DNA of 64,000 nucleotides. It comes from Octopus vulgaris. Lineage: Eukaryota. The notes under the pieces are model-generated. The model saw only the letters and a program-made list of their open reading frames with translations. It was not told the origin of the DNA and did not search any database. The translations under genes were made by a program, and so were the position numbers. This document shows, piece by piece, positions 38,680-53,696 of this stretch. Positions within the stretch are counted from its first letter, which is position 1. Each line of letters begins with the position of its first letter. The stretch spans positions 98,580,001 through 98,644,000 of the forward strand of contig OX597815.1 of NCBI GenBank assembly GCA_951406725.2, given 5' to 3'.

Positions 38680-41250
38680 TAGGGAATGGAGCAGGCAAAA
38701 TCTAGGATACATATGTTCTCTAGTTAGCCACAGAAAAAGGAATTACTCCATGATCAAATCTACTGAGAGTTAACTTGGGATCCCTTGATGACATTTAACT
38801 AAGTTATCTTTGGTCTGGTAAATAGTAGAGTAACCCAAGTTGAATAATTAATATTTCGGTGTTCTTATCGCTAAGAAACATATATAGCCTGAATTGACCT
38901 GCTCCATTCCCTCAATTTGGATTCATATTCGCTATTCGCGTACCTAGCAACCCTAGTTGCGAACCGTGAACTATAAAATAAAGATAAAATGCATATATAA
39001 ATTATATAATTAAATTATATAATAAATTATAGGGTCTGTTAATCATTTTAAGACAGGTTTTGTGGCATCATAGCTTCTTAAAGAAGAGAGCTGTTGGTGA
39101 CTGAGAGGTATTCAAGTATAATAGCTTATCTAATATCCCTCGAAGAATTTGCCCAGATTTCGGTTGAAGGTGATGGGAATCTCTTCTTTGATTTGTTTTG
39201 GGATAATATTAAACAGAGTAAGGCTTATTGAGGAAAAGAAATTGTGCTTCAGGGAATTTATTTTTTGCGAACTTGACTTGTATAGGAGCGTATGGCATGA
39301 GGACCTAGTCATGGATGAATTCTGAATCTAATGTTAAGGTCGTTTGAGCAATGATTGTGTAATGTATGTAGCGCCAACAGAGGCGTTGGGGAGTATAAAG
39401 ATACAAGTTTTTAAGGTGATCCCAATAATCAAGATCAGTCATACTTTTATTTTTCCAGTGAATGTTCTTTGAGATGCGATGGCGGCCCGATGCATGTTTG
39501 CACATAAATAGAATACTTTCGGGTTCTGCTTGATTTTTTTTTTTTTTTTTTTTTGGGCTAGCCAGTTTGCCATGCAGCTCTTCATGTAGGTTTTCCTGCT
39601 GAACTACAGATGATATTTTCCCCAGTTCAAACCTTCTTATTTCTGTCGAATATGGATGCTGTTGGTTAACACTTTAATTAGATGATTTTTTTTAATCAAA
39701 TCTTTTGACTCGACTTGTGAATCATTTTTAATTACTACTTATGAATTTTGTAGGAGCGTGTTGTACGCATGTCCTCAAAGGGCTTCAAGAGGAAGCGTAA
39801 GTAAAGGACCAGTCGATAAAAGACGATCTTTTCTAATTGGCCACCCACCCTGCCCAGTTTGCTTTGTGGAACTTGATGTCAAATAGATGCACTAAGGCGA
39901 GAGTGACTGGATTGGCTTTGGCATGCCGAAAACTAAGTTTTCCAAGCACCATGCTGTGGTCAGAGATAAGTTTTTTCAGCTGAAATGTTATGCATGAAGC
40001 TAGATTGGTTTTGCTAATATCAGGTTGAGAATCGTTTTCCCTTGTCTGGTTGGTTAAGGTACGGGCTGGTTTAGGAGAAATTCATCTATTAAATTAAATA
40101 GTAATTCAGCAGCTGATTTGTCTCGAGCAGTGCAGTTACCTAACTTTAGAGTTTTTGTAACCCAGTTCACATAATGGATGTTTTAATCCCTCATCATCAA
40201 TATGTTCCTTGGAGTTGTATTTTTAGAGAAAAGACTTGATTTTCTTCAAAGACCTGTGGAAAAGTTTGAGGAGGCATGTAAGGACCAACAATGGTTTTGT
40301 CTTCGGCATCTATGGTCTAGGAATTACAGAGAAAAATGGCAGCTCCTCCTTTATTTTAGCCTGTACGGTCTGCACACATGATGCTGAAATGTTTTATCTC
40401 CAGCCCGGCATCAATATGATGTTATTTAGGTGGGTTTCTCTTAGGAGAAATATGGGATGCAGTGTGTTATTTCAGTAAGCCAGGAATTTCCTATTTTGGA
40501 GCATTGGGCAATGAGTTATGCCAAATACCTTTAGCAGGAATGTCAATGTAAAGGTTTATTATTGATTGTTGTTTGTATGGTTCTAAATGTCTTGTTTTAT
40601 GTGTTTTTGTTTTTCAGTGGCAATAGAGCTTAGTATTTGCAATAAGCTGTATATGAGGGATGATGTTCTATTTGACGATGGGTGGGCGTTCCTAGAGGTT
40701 GGAACATAAAGCTGTTGACAACCCGTTGAATTTTCATGCTTATTTGGCCTTCATACACCATAAATGTCAGGAGATAAGAGAGGTGAATTTATTTATCTAA
40801 CCGCTTGCCATCCTTAGGATTACAGTTGTTTCACACCCTTCTTCATATATTAAAATGTCAGTGCATGATAAATTACGTTTACGTGTCTGCACCAATATAC
40901 ATGCTACATATTATCCAATACAATACATAAGTAGGTACAAATAAAGCTAGCTCATCAGATCAACAGAACATCATGGTTTCACCAATGCTTCAACTGGTTT
41001 TATGTATACTTGTATCTACGTTTTAAAATGTATTCATTTTTTTATATTTTCTATAACTTACTTTACTTCCTCTCCTTACTCTTTTCTGGTTTTGTTAATA
41101 TTAAGCGTGGGCAGTTCCCTGTACATAGATCTAGCAACTTAATTGATATGAAACAACATATTTTTATCTTATATATATTTTCATCTTATGTCGTCAAGGG
41201 ATCCCAAGTTAACTCGCAGGAGATTTGATCATTGAGTAATTACTACTTCC
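38680..41250. mobile_element. Old inverted-repeat element remnants bracketing a CR1-like insertion
   Basis: AATTACTCCATGATCAAATCT..GTTAACTTGGGATCCCTTGATGACA (~38741-38793) is inverted at ~41189-41242. A local inverted repeat GGGAATGGAGCAGG / CCTGCTCCATTCCC lies at ~38682 / ~38898. Confidence 0.45.
39125..40480 (-). pseudogene. Decayed CR1-group LINE (endonuclease remnant and 3' end; RT core apparently deleted)
   Basis: DLDYWDHLKNLYLYTPQR and LKHNFFS..LFNIIPKQIKEE resemble the 25-kb copy. SDHSMV near 39945-39965 resembles the APE SDH motif. Confidence 0.6.
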
Positions 41251-41335
41251 GAGATTTTGCTAACTTGGAAATATATCTTCAACTTTACTGACCATACGAG
41301 CCCAATTTTATCGAGTTTCGTCTTCCATTCATTGC

Positions 41336-41450
<115 letters not shown>

Positions 41451-42402
41451 AAATTTTGTATCTTGTCAAGCTGAATTGATGTAACCGTATTGCTCTGGTA
41501 ATCTAATGAGCTAGCTTCTTTTATCTGGATTGATTAGTGTATACACAACTGTATTGTATAATGCGTAGCTTGCATATTATTGCGAAGACGTAAACAAGAT
41601 TTGTTATGCACTGAAATTATTATTACATGAAGAAGGGTGCAACACGGCCGTAATCTGAAGGATGACAAGTGGTTAGATCAATATATTCACTTCTGACACC
41701 TCCTGATGAGTTTTTATGGATTATATACATCTCGTTAATTAATTTCATAAATCGGATTTCCTGGATTTCAGCTGCGTTGAACTCCGCTTTATACTCCACT
41801 GTATTGGAGTCTATTAGCAACGTCTGCTAGAAGAGTTTTCTGTAATAGCTACATGATTCTATGAATCCATATATGATTATACAAATTTATATACAGATAT
41901 GTGAATTTGTGTGTATGCGTGCGTGCATAATATATGTATGTATGAATGTATTTACATACATTAACTCATTTATAATAAAGCCTTTATTTTACTTATACTA
42001 CAGCTTACCACTCTCACTTTTGCTGTTAGCCATTTTATGAGTAAACATCATGCTGATTTTGCTGTAATACGGTGGTTCTTTGGACTTCGTTTGCCTAAAC
42101 AAATTCTGCCTCAAAACATTAAATGCACAGAAGTTGAAAGAAAATATTAACAACGTCGTATTAACTCACATCCTCTACATCTGCTGATGTCTCGTCACAT
42201 GAAAAGGCATTTTCGGGCAACGTACTTTGTGTCTTTTGCCACATAAGCTATGCTAAATAGTTCCTCGGAAAGAAAGCTTTTCTTTAGTCTATAAACAGAT
42301 TAAGACGATAGAACCAATTTTCTAAATACACATCCAGGCGCGCGCACACGCACGCACATACATACATACATACATACATACATACATACATACATACATA
42401 CA

Positions 42403-42435
<33 letters not shown>

Positions 42436-44593
42436 TTATGTAGGCACGTTTGTATGTGCATATGTATGCTGGTCTAAATGTAAATGATGAGATGGAAAAT
42501 TCCTGTGAATATATTTGTAGTTACAACCTGTAAACGAATGTGTGTATGTATGTATGTATCAAAGGAGAAATTAATTCTTCATAAAACTTCATGAAATTTA
42601 ATATGTCCTGGGGGAAAATTCAGAATCAAAATTTGTAACATGGTTGAAAGCCCACCAAATTTTATTTATTTATAAGCAGTATTCAGACAATTATATACTT
42701 GTTAATTTAATCACTGAATGAATATGTTGGCAGAGTTTGCCTTTTTTGTTTCATTTATTTATTTATCTATTTTGTTAGTTAGTTAGTTAGTTATTTCACG
42801 TTTTCATGCGAACTCATCGTACCAATCTATCCAACAATATCCACAATATAAAAAAGTACTTTTGCAAGAATTCTAGTTTGATAATATTAAACATACATCT
42901 AACAGTTTATAAAGGATGTAACTTCCTTTAAACCATTTATCACAAAAACACCTATGTTAATTATTTATAATTTTATTATGGTCTATTATTATTATTTAAA
43001 AAATTTTTTTTTATTGCTATTATTATGGTCATCGCTACTATTACTATCGATATTATTATTATTATTATCATCATCATCATCATCATCATCATAATCATCA
43101 TCATCATCATTATATGTTGTATTTGTTAATAAAACGTTATTATTTATCCAGCTGATAACTTCAAAAAAGAACACCTCCTTGCTATTACTTTCATTTCCGA
43201 TTCATTCTCAATTCAATTTATTTTCCTTCTGCTTACGGACTACAATCAGTTGGTTATCAATGTCCTTTCGGCAGTTAGTTTCTCTTCAGTTTACCAGTAA
43301 GATGAGTTAAAACAATTCATCTTTGAAGAAGGAATTGGATATAGTTAGTTATTCTTGTCATTTTTCAATATTTTTTCCTTAATCTTTTGTTTTATTGTTT
43401 TTCGTCCCTTCATTCTGTCTTTATTTACATCTTCAGCCAAAATTTTCCTTGTTCCTATATATGTTTAAACAATTAGCTCCCCAAATTCTCTGTTTCTTCC
43501 AAAGATTTCTTCCTTCTCACCATTTTCAATCTTTATTTCGTAGACATTTCATCACTTTTAACTCCTCCTTAGCTAAATAGCACAACCACAGACATCCTGC
43601 CAAGCTGTAACCGAAGTAAACTCAACACAACCATCGATTTTCTACTCTACATCAAACAAGCGTTATAAATGGGGAAAAAAAGACGAGTTTAAAAGGTTGT
43701 TGGCGCACTTTCTGCCAACCTACCATATGCGGTAAGATCAAATGTATTTTAAGAAGTGACAGTCGTCAGAAGCAAGCGCTTCGTGATGGAAATACAATAC
43801 AAACAGCAAGGGGCCTCGGAAAAAGACAGTTTTCGCTTCAGTTTGAGAAGGAAATAGAACGGTTCTGTTAGTTGATCACTTTAGGTTGTACTTTGATTTG
43901 AAATTCTGAATTAAGTTACTAGTTACAAGCATGTGACAGGGATTAAAATGCGACGAGGCGATGTTTCTTTTGTGTAATTCTATTTGTGTTAGACTGTTTT
44001 CTACACGAATGCATGAAGGAGGTCTGGAAGTGGAATGTGCATATTAAATATCACTTCAACGAATACAAGTATATTTACAGTCACATATGAAGATACTTAC
44101 ATTCATGGTTTCACATTTACGTATATATATAAATATAACCACACACACACATAAATATATATAGGGAGAGAGAAAGAAAGAGAGATACATAGGTATATAT
44201 ATGTGTGTGTGTGTATGTGTGAATACATATATTTATGTATAATTCTAAAGATATAGGTTGATACATTCATAAACGAAAAGACACACAGGTTGAAAGACAG
44301 TGAAAGAGAGAGAGAGAGAGAGAGGCAGAAGTAGTCTCCATACATCATATATATATATATGCCTTGTTAAACACACATACGCACACACACTCACACACAC
44401 GCATACACACACATATATACACATGAAACCTATACATATTTATATTACAAAGGTATTTTGAGAGTTAGATATACCTAAGCAAGCTTACGAGCACATATGT
44501 ACATGGCATACATAACTACATACATATATTTATATACTTATATGTAAAGTGTGTGTGTATGTGCGTATGTAAAGATATATATATATTCCTGTC

Positions 44594-44632
<39 letters not shown>

Positions 44633-45474
44633 GTATATGTATATATATGTGTATACAGAAAGAGACAGGGACAGACAGACAGACATATAGAAAGATATGC
44701 ATACATACACGCGCATAAATATACACATACATGCATACCTACCTACTTACTTATACATACATGCATACATACGTACATACATATATTCGTACACGCGTAC
44801 ACACATAAAAATATACATACATACATCCATATATGCATACACAAACACACATACACACACATTCATACATACACACACATTCATTGCGTACATATATGCA
44901 TACATACATACGTGCATACATACATACATACGTGCATACATACATACTTACATACATACATACATACATACGTACATATTTTAAGACAGCCGCGACCAAA
45001 CAAAAACTTCAAATCTGCAACACATACACGAATGAAAATATTGAAGCAAACAACCACATGGAAATCAATGAGTGAATAGCAATACGATAAAAGTTATTTT
45101 TCACAATATTCGTTTGATATCTGTGAGGTTTGTAGCGTTGGTCTTTGCAGAGAGATACGGCAAACTGTGTACGTGTGCGCGAGTGTGTACATGAGAAGCG
45201 TTGCAGAAAACTGTGTGAGGATGAGAAATTTAAGTGAAGATAAATGTGAGTTTATGTTTGGAGCTACACGCGTATTTAGGTGTACACAAACATGAACATA
45301 CATGTATGTATGTAAATACTTATGTGTATATGAGTGTGTCTATATATATATCTATCTATCTGTCTGTGTCTCTATCCATCACTTGCAATATATATATATA
45401 TACATAGATACATAGAAACAAACATGCATATATATATATAAATATATATCTATATATATATAGATATATATTTA

Positions 45475-45514
<40 letters not shown>

Positions 45515-45625
45515 AATTTATAAATTTATAAATTAAACTTTATAAATTTTAAACTGGGCTGGGCGTGTGCATACGTGCATATATATGTATGTATGCGTTC
45601 GTAAATGTAAGTATATCGTATGTTG

Positions 45626-45666
<41 letters not shown>

Positions 45667-45685
45667 ATTTATCTGCTCTGAGTAT

Positions 45686-45744
45686 ATTCCACTGATGAAG
45701 GCAGAGCATTTCTTATGCACCACCGGAAATCCGAGATCTGGAAT
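45686..45744 (+). ncRNA. Type-I hammerhead ribozyme motif
   Basis: attcca CTGATGA aggcaga-gcat-ttctt-atgc-accaccg GAAA tc-cga-ga TC tggaat. Perfect 6-bp stem I, real stem III, AUC triplet, partly decayed stem II. Confidence 0.6.
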
Positions 45745-45884
45745 TATCCAGTAATCTTTTTTCTAGTTTATCTTGTCTTTTGTCTTCTCTCCTGGTGTTG
45801 TATGAGCATTTAATGTGGTTTTAGAGTCAAGTTTTAGCTGCTATTTCCAGCGTGGTGGTATCTCTTAGATACCCTAAATTTAAA

Positions 45885-45946
<62 letters not shown>

Positions 45947-46935
45947 ATTGGAAAAAGTGTGAAATCCTTGGTACAGTTAGATATATTTGAAAAAAAGAAA
46001 AGAATGACTTCAGTGGTAGTTCGGATCAATTAAATCTTTTAATACAATAATTTCACAGTTTGGTTTGTAGATCTACAAACCAAAATATAAGAGAATTGGT
46101 TGCGGAACTGAGAATGTTATAATTTTCATATTCTGTAGTAAATTCATTAAAATACCAAACTGGTTTCGAAAATTTTCAGTTTTTCAATAGTAAATAGAAA
46201 AGTTTAGGCGAGATGGAAAGTATAAGGCAAAATTCAGAAAAACATGCTTACAAGATCATATGTTGATGCAAATTCCAATATTCAATAAGTTTCACAGAGA
46301 TAGACAGTAATAGATGTTCAACTGTTTGATGACTTTCATAATAGTCACACATGATTGTAGGGTCAATAACATTGGGTCATATTAACAATTAAATACGATA
46401 GAGATTTTAAAAGAGAAAGTTAAAAATAAAAATAGAAATGAAACGAAAATGTTTCTTCACAACTTCTTTCGCTGTGCATACCGCCGGATTTTTTGTCGCT
46501 GTTTTTTCTTGTGAGAACTGTTTTAACTGAAATTGCTTTGTGTGTGTGTGTTTGCGTTTGTGTGTGTGTGTGGGGGGGTGAACAAATGAGATAGAGTGAA
46601 TCTCAATATAGAAAACACTTTGTAGAGCTTAAAAAATTTGAACTTACAATCCGATATCTATACTAAGTACTAAGTCAGCAGAGCAAAGAATGGCTATAAG
46701 GAGAACCCAAGCGAGCATATATAGAGACAATGATTCAACTGAAGAGGCAAACGCTTTTTGTATTATTGTACAAAATATATATATATACATGTATATATGT
46801 AAAGAGATAAGGTAGACTCAAAATTTCAGATGATAAACTATCAAGTATATATATATACATACAGACATACACACAGACAGGCAGACAGGCAGGCAGGCAG
46901 GCACAGACAGACAGATAGACAGATAGATAGATATG

Positions 46936-48558
46936 TTTCTTTATTAGCCACACAGGGCTGCACACAGATAGAACAAATTACAAGATAGAGCTTTTCTTTT
47001 GAAGGTTTAAGAAAAAAAAAAAAAAAAAGGAAGGGGAGTTTCGATCAAAAGGGATCGTAAAAGGAGAGAAAGAGGACAAAAAAAAGGGGGTTTAAAAAAA
47101 GGGGGAGGAAAAAAATTGATCAATAGGGATCGTTATCACAGAAATGTCAATATGAAGTGTAAAGGGGAGGACAGGTGAGGTTTACCCGTGCAAAGAAAAG
47201 CCTACGGAAAAGACCACGGTAACCTCGGTCAATGATGTCACATTTTATATTTCTTTTTTTTTTTTGCAAATAAGCAACTCTCTGTTTTCGATTTCTGGGT
47301 TCATAGGACTATGCTCAAGGTGGCTTCGTCATTCATACGTGCCATTCTTGCTACATTCACCCATCTTTTTTTAAAACATTCGCTAGACAAAACTTGCCTC
47401 TCTACTCTCACTTTCCTTTTCAAGTGGTACTTGAAGAAGTTGATGAGAGATTGACCAGAGAGGAAAGTGTTTGTCTCCAATCCTTTCAGACGCGTCCACC
47501 AGATACATTCTTTCGCCATAGCCACAAGGATGATGAAAATAGCTCTTCCTTCCCGTTTGAAGGAAGGAGGCGTGACAATATTGACGATAGACTCAGCTGA
47601 TAAACCGACTCGTCCCACACGTGACAGCAGTTGTTCGACATAAGCCCACAGGTCGGAAATTGTTGGACACTGAACGAGTGCGTGCAGAACGGTTTCGTCG
47701 CTCTGACCGCATCTCGGGCAGGTCGGCCCCGTGTTTCTCGAGCCGTGTCTGTAGAGCTTATCCCGAACGGGTAGCGCTTCTCGGTAGCACTGCCAGGCCA
47801 GGGATCTCTGGAAGTTGTCCATGGGCCCTGGCCCGAAAGTCGTCCTGAACAGGCGGGTCAGGTACTCCTCGTCGACGTCCAGGTTCGCCCCGAGCTCGTC
47901 GTCGTACCTCCCCTCCACTAAACCCCTATAGAATGCTTTGGTTGTGTTGAAGTCACTTAAGGTCGACCCAGGACGGCAGAGTTGCTTGAGAGCAACGCGA
48001 CACTCGCGGTGCCATTCGCCCTTCCTCGGCCTCTTTTTGATCCACGACTGCAGTTCGGTCATGGAGACGAGCTGCGGGAAAGCGTGCCTCACAAACGGCG
48101 ACCACACCTGTTCACCGTCGTCTACATAGAGCCAGAGATGCCGCAGTCTCAGCGCGTGTCTGCGCATCATCAACCATGGCATGCCCAGCTCTCCTTTTAA
48201 CGGGTGTTGACAGCAAATGGATCGCCTGACCATCGGGACGCATTCTTTCCACAAGAAGCGAAAGAGGATGCGTTGTAGTTTGGTGATGGTAGGGTCGGGA
48301 CAAGGTACGACGGTCAGGCGGTAGTAGATGACGGACGCGATGTACGTGTTCGCCACCTCCGCTCGACCTTTTAGGGACAGTTTCCTCTCGGCCCATTGCC
48401 GGGCGAGAGTGACCACCCTACTCGTTATCTCGTTCCAGTTCTTCTCCACTTGGAGGTCCGGACCAAACCAGACCCCGAGCAACTCAACCGGGCCGTCGGT
48501 CCAGCGTCCCACGACGGAGGCGCTGGTGGACGGCATGGGCTTGCTTCTCCAGGTGCCA
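46936..48558 (-). mobile_element. 5'-truncated Tx1-clade LINE inserted in a (GATA/GACA)n tract
   Basis: Open frame 47301-48558: LLGVWFG, W..RKLSLKGRA, FRFLW, LPVRDKL, CPRC..DETVLHALVQC. 3' UTR ends AGCC-CTGTGT-GGCT-AATAAAGAAA. ATAG repeats flank both sides. Confidence 0.92.
47301..48558 (-). pseudogene. Tx1-like ORF2 C-terminal ~415 aa (post-RT region and zf-RVT finger), frame still open
   Basis: The first ~84 aa of ORF 47301-48809 are microsatellite translation; the remainder is typical L1/Tx1 ORF2 C-terminus. Confidence 0.85.
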
Positions 48559-48607
48559 TAGATAGATAAATAGATAGATAGATAGATAGGCAAGCAGACA
48601 GGCAGGC

Positions 48608-48648
<41 letters not shown>

Positions 48649-48730
48649 GGCAGACAGGCAGGCAGACAGACAGACAGACAGACAGACAGGCAGGCATGCA
48701 GATAGACAAACAGACTGACAGATAGATAGT

Positions 48731-48800
<70 letters not shown>

Positions 48801-50904
48801 CAGATACACAAACAGAAAAAAAGGAAAGAGAAAAAGCGAGACAGATTTGATAGATAGATAGATAGATAGATAAATTGATCAGTTATATTGGTGAGAAGAA
48901 AGTATTGTAAGAAATAAATGAAACGAATAGGAGTCAAGAAATTTTCAGTGTCGAGAGTGAGAGTGGGAAGGAGAGAGAGAGATGGTTAAGAGAGAGAGGA
49001 TTAAGAGAGAGAGAGAGAGAAGGGGGGGAAGAGAACTTGGATTTGTATGAAGATGGATTAGGTAAGAAACAAAAAAATATTGCAATTAAACATTGTAATG
49101 CGTCTGGGTAGTAAACATGTCAGTTGTTTTACACTGCAACTAAGAGTGACACCAGGAACAGCTAAATGATTTATAATGTACGAAAGTAACAATTAGATGA
49201 ATGATAAATGAATAAATAACTAATTACAATAAATAATATAGAAAATCTCTTTGTGAAAATGCTATATTTTTATTTCGAGAAAATATTTGTAACTTTAAAA
49301 ACAAGTAAGTTGATATGCAAATAGCTGTTTTTATGTATCGCTTTTAGAAACATTAAAAAAGAAAAGCTGCTGAGAAAAGGTTGGTGCAAGCAAATAATTC
49401 GACATGAATTTGCTATGTACACACATGTTTAAACCGTCCATAACACGCGATTTAACGGAAGCAAAGCCGACGTTTTGACAAACTGCCGACACACCAACTG
49501 GCGCGGTCCAGCAGCACTTAACAGCCAATCAAAATGCACCGAGCACTTGTGTAATGAATAAAAATGAGCAAATTTCTACGTCGAATACAGCAGGTCCACA
49601 CAATGGAAGAAATATTTGATAGCAATGTGATTTTGACACGCAAAGAGGTGGCAGTACAATGGCGTTTTTGTGGTCCGCCAACCTCGTACATAACATGACA
49701 GAATTACAAAATGTTCACTCTGATGCGCGAACAACTATGCCCCATTGCTTGCCCATTGTGATACTCTTATTCGTTAACTTTCTGACGCCATTGCTGCAAC
49801 CTGAGCTGATTAAGAAACAGGCAGCAGAGGTGAATGTTCGATTGTCGTTCAGTTTATAAAGTAACAGAAGGCGAGAGAAAAAGAGAAAGTGAAAGAGAGA
49901 GAAGTGGGTGAGAGACTTGGTCTGAATGCTGTTTGTTTGATAAACGCTACTGGTCTTTACTAAACAGAACAAGAATCAAAACAAAAGTTAAAACAAACAA
50001 AAGTTAACAAAAGAATAAATTACTCTCTTCCAGCTTTATAAATATGGCGAATGGTTGTGCAGCAAAGAAGTCAATAGAGCAAAGGATAAGAGTGGAAAAA
50101 GACGATATTATTTTGTATATTTATGTGTATGTGTATGTTTTTCTAATATCGTGAGATGCGAGCAATATTGCCATAAAAAAGTTTAATAATAATAATGTTA
50201 ATAATTATAATAATAATAACAACCACAATGATAATAATGATGATAACAACAAAAACAATTATGAAAGGAAAGGTTTTGAGAGTTTGTTGGAGGTGGAGTT
50301 ACACACAAGGGATGCAGAAACGAACAAATGAACTCACACACATATATACACACAAAAATAACACCATGTCGAGTGCCAGGCTGAAGACGTGATAGGAGCT
50401 TAAATAACCGAATATCAATAGAGAAGAAATTATCATATTTTCTAAACGTTTTTGACCTTGAAATATTTCATTACTACTGTCTAATTCACATCAACTTTTT
50501 GCTTTCTTTTTTGAATTTCTTCATTTCTTTTCTATTCTGTCCTTTTGCCTTTCCTTTTAGAAGATTTCTTCTATCACCTCTTCTTCTCCTCCTTCTTCAT
50601 CATCATCATTATTACTTTCACATTTCTCTATTGCACTACCCAACAATTTTCCTTTTCATTCTTTTCCTTCAGCATCCATTTATCCACTCTCTCTTACTTT
50701 ATACTTATTTCACCATCTCTCCCAACTATCTCTCGTCATGTCGTGTATGTGCGTGTGTGTGTGTGTGTGTGTGTATGTATGCGTGTTTGCGTGTGTGCGT
50801 GTGCGCTTGTATATATCTAGCTACCTAACTACCGATTTATCTTATGCACTATATACCGCTCGAGCTACCTGTGCTCGTATAGGGGTGTGAACGTATGTGT
50901 GTAG

Positions 50905-50946
<42 letters not shown>

Positions 50947-51556
50947 ATCTGTAAGTCTGGCTGCCGGAGTGTCTCTCTTTGTTTCCCTCTTTCTCTCTCT
51001 CTAGCTCTATTTATTTATCTGTCTATTCATCAATACGTCCAACAAGCGCGCCATCTTGTTCAACCATTCATCTTCTCTCTTCCTACATTAATATTCTTAC
51101 ATATTCCTTTTCCATTTAACTCAAATCCCACACCATTCATATACAACATAGTCGCCTTTTCACAATATCATATTCTATCGCTTTTATATTCTCACAAACA
51201 CACCCTCTCACCATCACCATACACTTACTATTCCCTTCTGTCTACTTCTTTCTCTGTCATACGCTTTCTCTCTCACTCCCTGTATATTCCACTCTATTTC
51301 CTTCGTTTTGTCTCTCGCTACACCTACCTACACTTTCAGAAAGTTCTCCCTACTTCTATCCAATGCTCCCACACTTTCCTTGTACAACCCAATCGTTTGT
51401 CGCTTATTATTCACATCGTTTATTGCAATGTTATACCAACGTCTTCTGGGGAACACAAAACATAGAATAATAATGCGGAACACACGAAAGAATACGCAAA
51501 AGAAAGAAAAATAAATACATATATATACACATATATGTTTGTATGGGGGCGTGTGC

Positions 51557-51607
<51 letters not shown>

Positions 51608-51954
51608 CGTGTGTGTGTACATACATATTCACACATCAATGCCAATACAGGTACTTGTATATGTGTATGAATGTGTGTATATATATATATCAGACGCATA
51701 TACGAATGTGAATATGTGTACGCTTATCCGTGTTTGTACTCGTATATGTGTGTGAATATTTGCGAATGTTTACGTGTGTACGTATGCATTTACACACATA
51801 CAAATATCATTTCAAGAACATATATAGTGACATCTACGTATGATAAATACAAGCTTATGTATCAACTGCCACTTCTTATAAACATATTTTTAAAAATCGT
51901 AAACGTCGAATGCACGCATACCGTCATACATATATTTAATTACAAACAATACAT

Positions 51955-51998
<44 letters not shown>

Positions 51999-52013
51999 CT
52001 ACGTATATATAAT

Positions 52014-52078
<65 letters not shown>

Positions 52079-52255
52079 CATATATATATATATATATTTA
52101 TATATAAATATATATATATATATTTATATATAAATATATATATATTCAAGGATTTATACATATATGGATGTATTCAATTATACAACATATATACATACAT
52201 ACACAGGCACATACATACATACATACATACATACATACGTACATACATACATACA

Positions 52256-52289
<34 letters not shown>

Positions 52290-53641
52290 CGTACATACAC
52301 AATCATGCAGAATCGTACATGCATGTACACAAATATTTGAGAAATTGCAAAGTTCAAGAATGATTTGTGAGAAGAAGTACAAGAAACAAACAAGTACACA
52401 AAATTATATTGCACATTCAGTTCAAACGTCAACATCATCGTCTTTGTCGTCATCATCATCATCGTCATCGCCGTCTTCGCCGTCATCATCATCATCATTA
52501 ATGACCATGACGTGGGCGAGCACGAGGTAAAAGTGAAAGGGCATATCCATTCAATAAGAGAGTGTCGCAAAATGAGAGACAGAAAACTCAACAGAAAATA
52601 ATGCGCGATTGCTGGTGAGAGTATTGGAATAGACTAAACTGTATATACCTGTGTGTGCGTGTTAGTGTGCGTATATATATGTATATATACGTTGTGTGTG
52701 TGTTTGTGGATATATATATATATATGCACCTATATATATTATATATATATATATATATACATATAAGCGAGTGTGAATATATATGTAAGCATCTGTGTTT
52801 GTATATATTTATGTATGTAGCTATGTATGTATGCATTTATGTATGTCAAACAAATGATTGCAGCAGAAAGAAGAGAAGGGAGGTTACTAAGCCAGATTGA
52901 TGATGATGATGAAGAAGAAGAAGAAGAAGAAGAAGAAGAAGAAGAAGAAGAAGAAGAAGAAGAAGAAGAAGAAGAAGAAGGAGTAAAAGACGAAGAAGAA
53001 GAAATAGAAGAGGAAGAAAAAGAACAAGAACCACAACAACAACAGCAATAACAACAACAACATTAACAACAGCAACAATAACCACAGCAATAGCAGCAAC
53101 AACGACAACAACAACAGCAGCAACAACAACAGCCACGGCGACGAAAGACAACGACTGAAACAACCACAACAAAAGAGAGTAAGATAAAGAAGATGTATGA
53201 AAGAAAGAATGATATTTCGTTTATCGTTTAATCATCCGAGAGCGATGAAACGAAGCGCAAGAGCTGTTATATCCATACAGCATTTAAACTTTGTCTTCTG
53301 TTTATCAATAGTTTCTGAAAGTCATGGTGTAAAACATATGGTGGCACACCAACGAAGTGTTTGGCGTCCTATTGATGTTATTACACTGTTTTACTGACAA
53401 GAAAGATGGTGGCGGCAGTGATGATTATGGTGATGATAATGATAAAGATGATGAAGATGAGGATGATGATGATGGTGGTGGTTGTGGTGTTTCTTTTATA
53501 TTTATATTCCATTTTATCCATTTGTGTATTTCCTATTTTTCGCTTTCTTTTCTAGATCTGTCGTTTGACTTTTTTATGAATAAGAATAACACATGAATAT
53601 ATATACATACATAAATGCATTTGCTTGTTTTGTAAGTACAT

Positions 53642-53696
<55 letters not shown>

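Noticed and set aside
41697-41770. CTGATGAG followed by a long hairpin (TTTATGGA/TTCATAAA)
   Set aside because: GAAA box absent (GGAT instead) and no stem I; at best a dead hammerhead.
46151-46192. Minus-strand tacta-TTGAAAA...GAAA-ccag-TT-tggta hammerhead-like layout
   Set aside because: Two core mismatches and weak stems; not distinguishable from chance.
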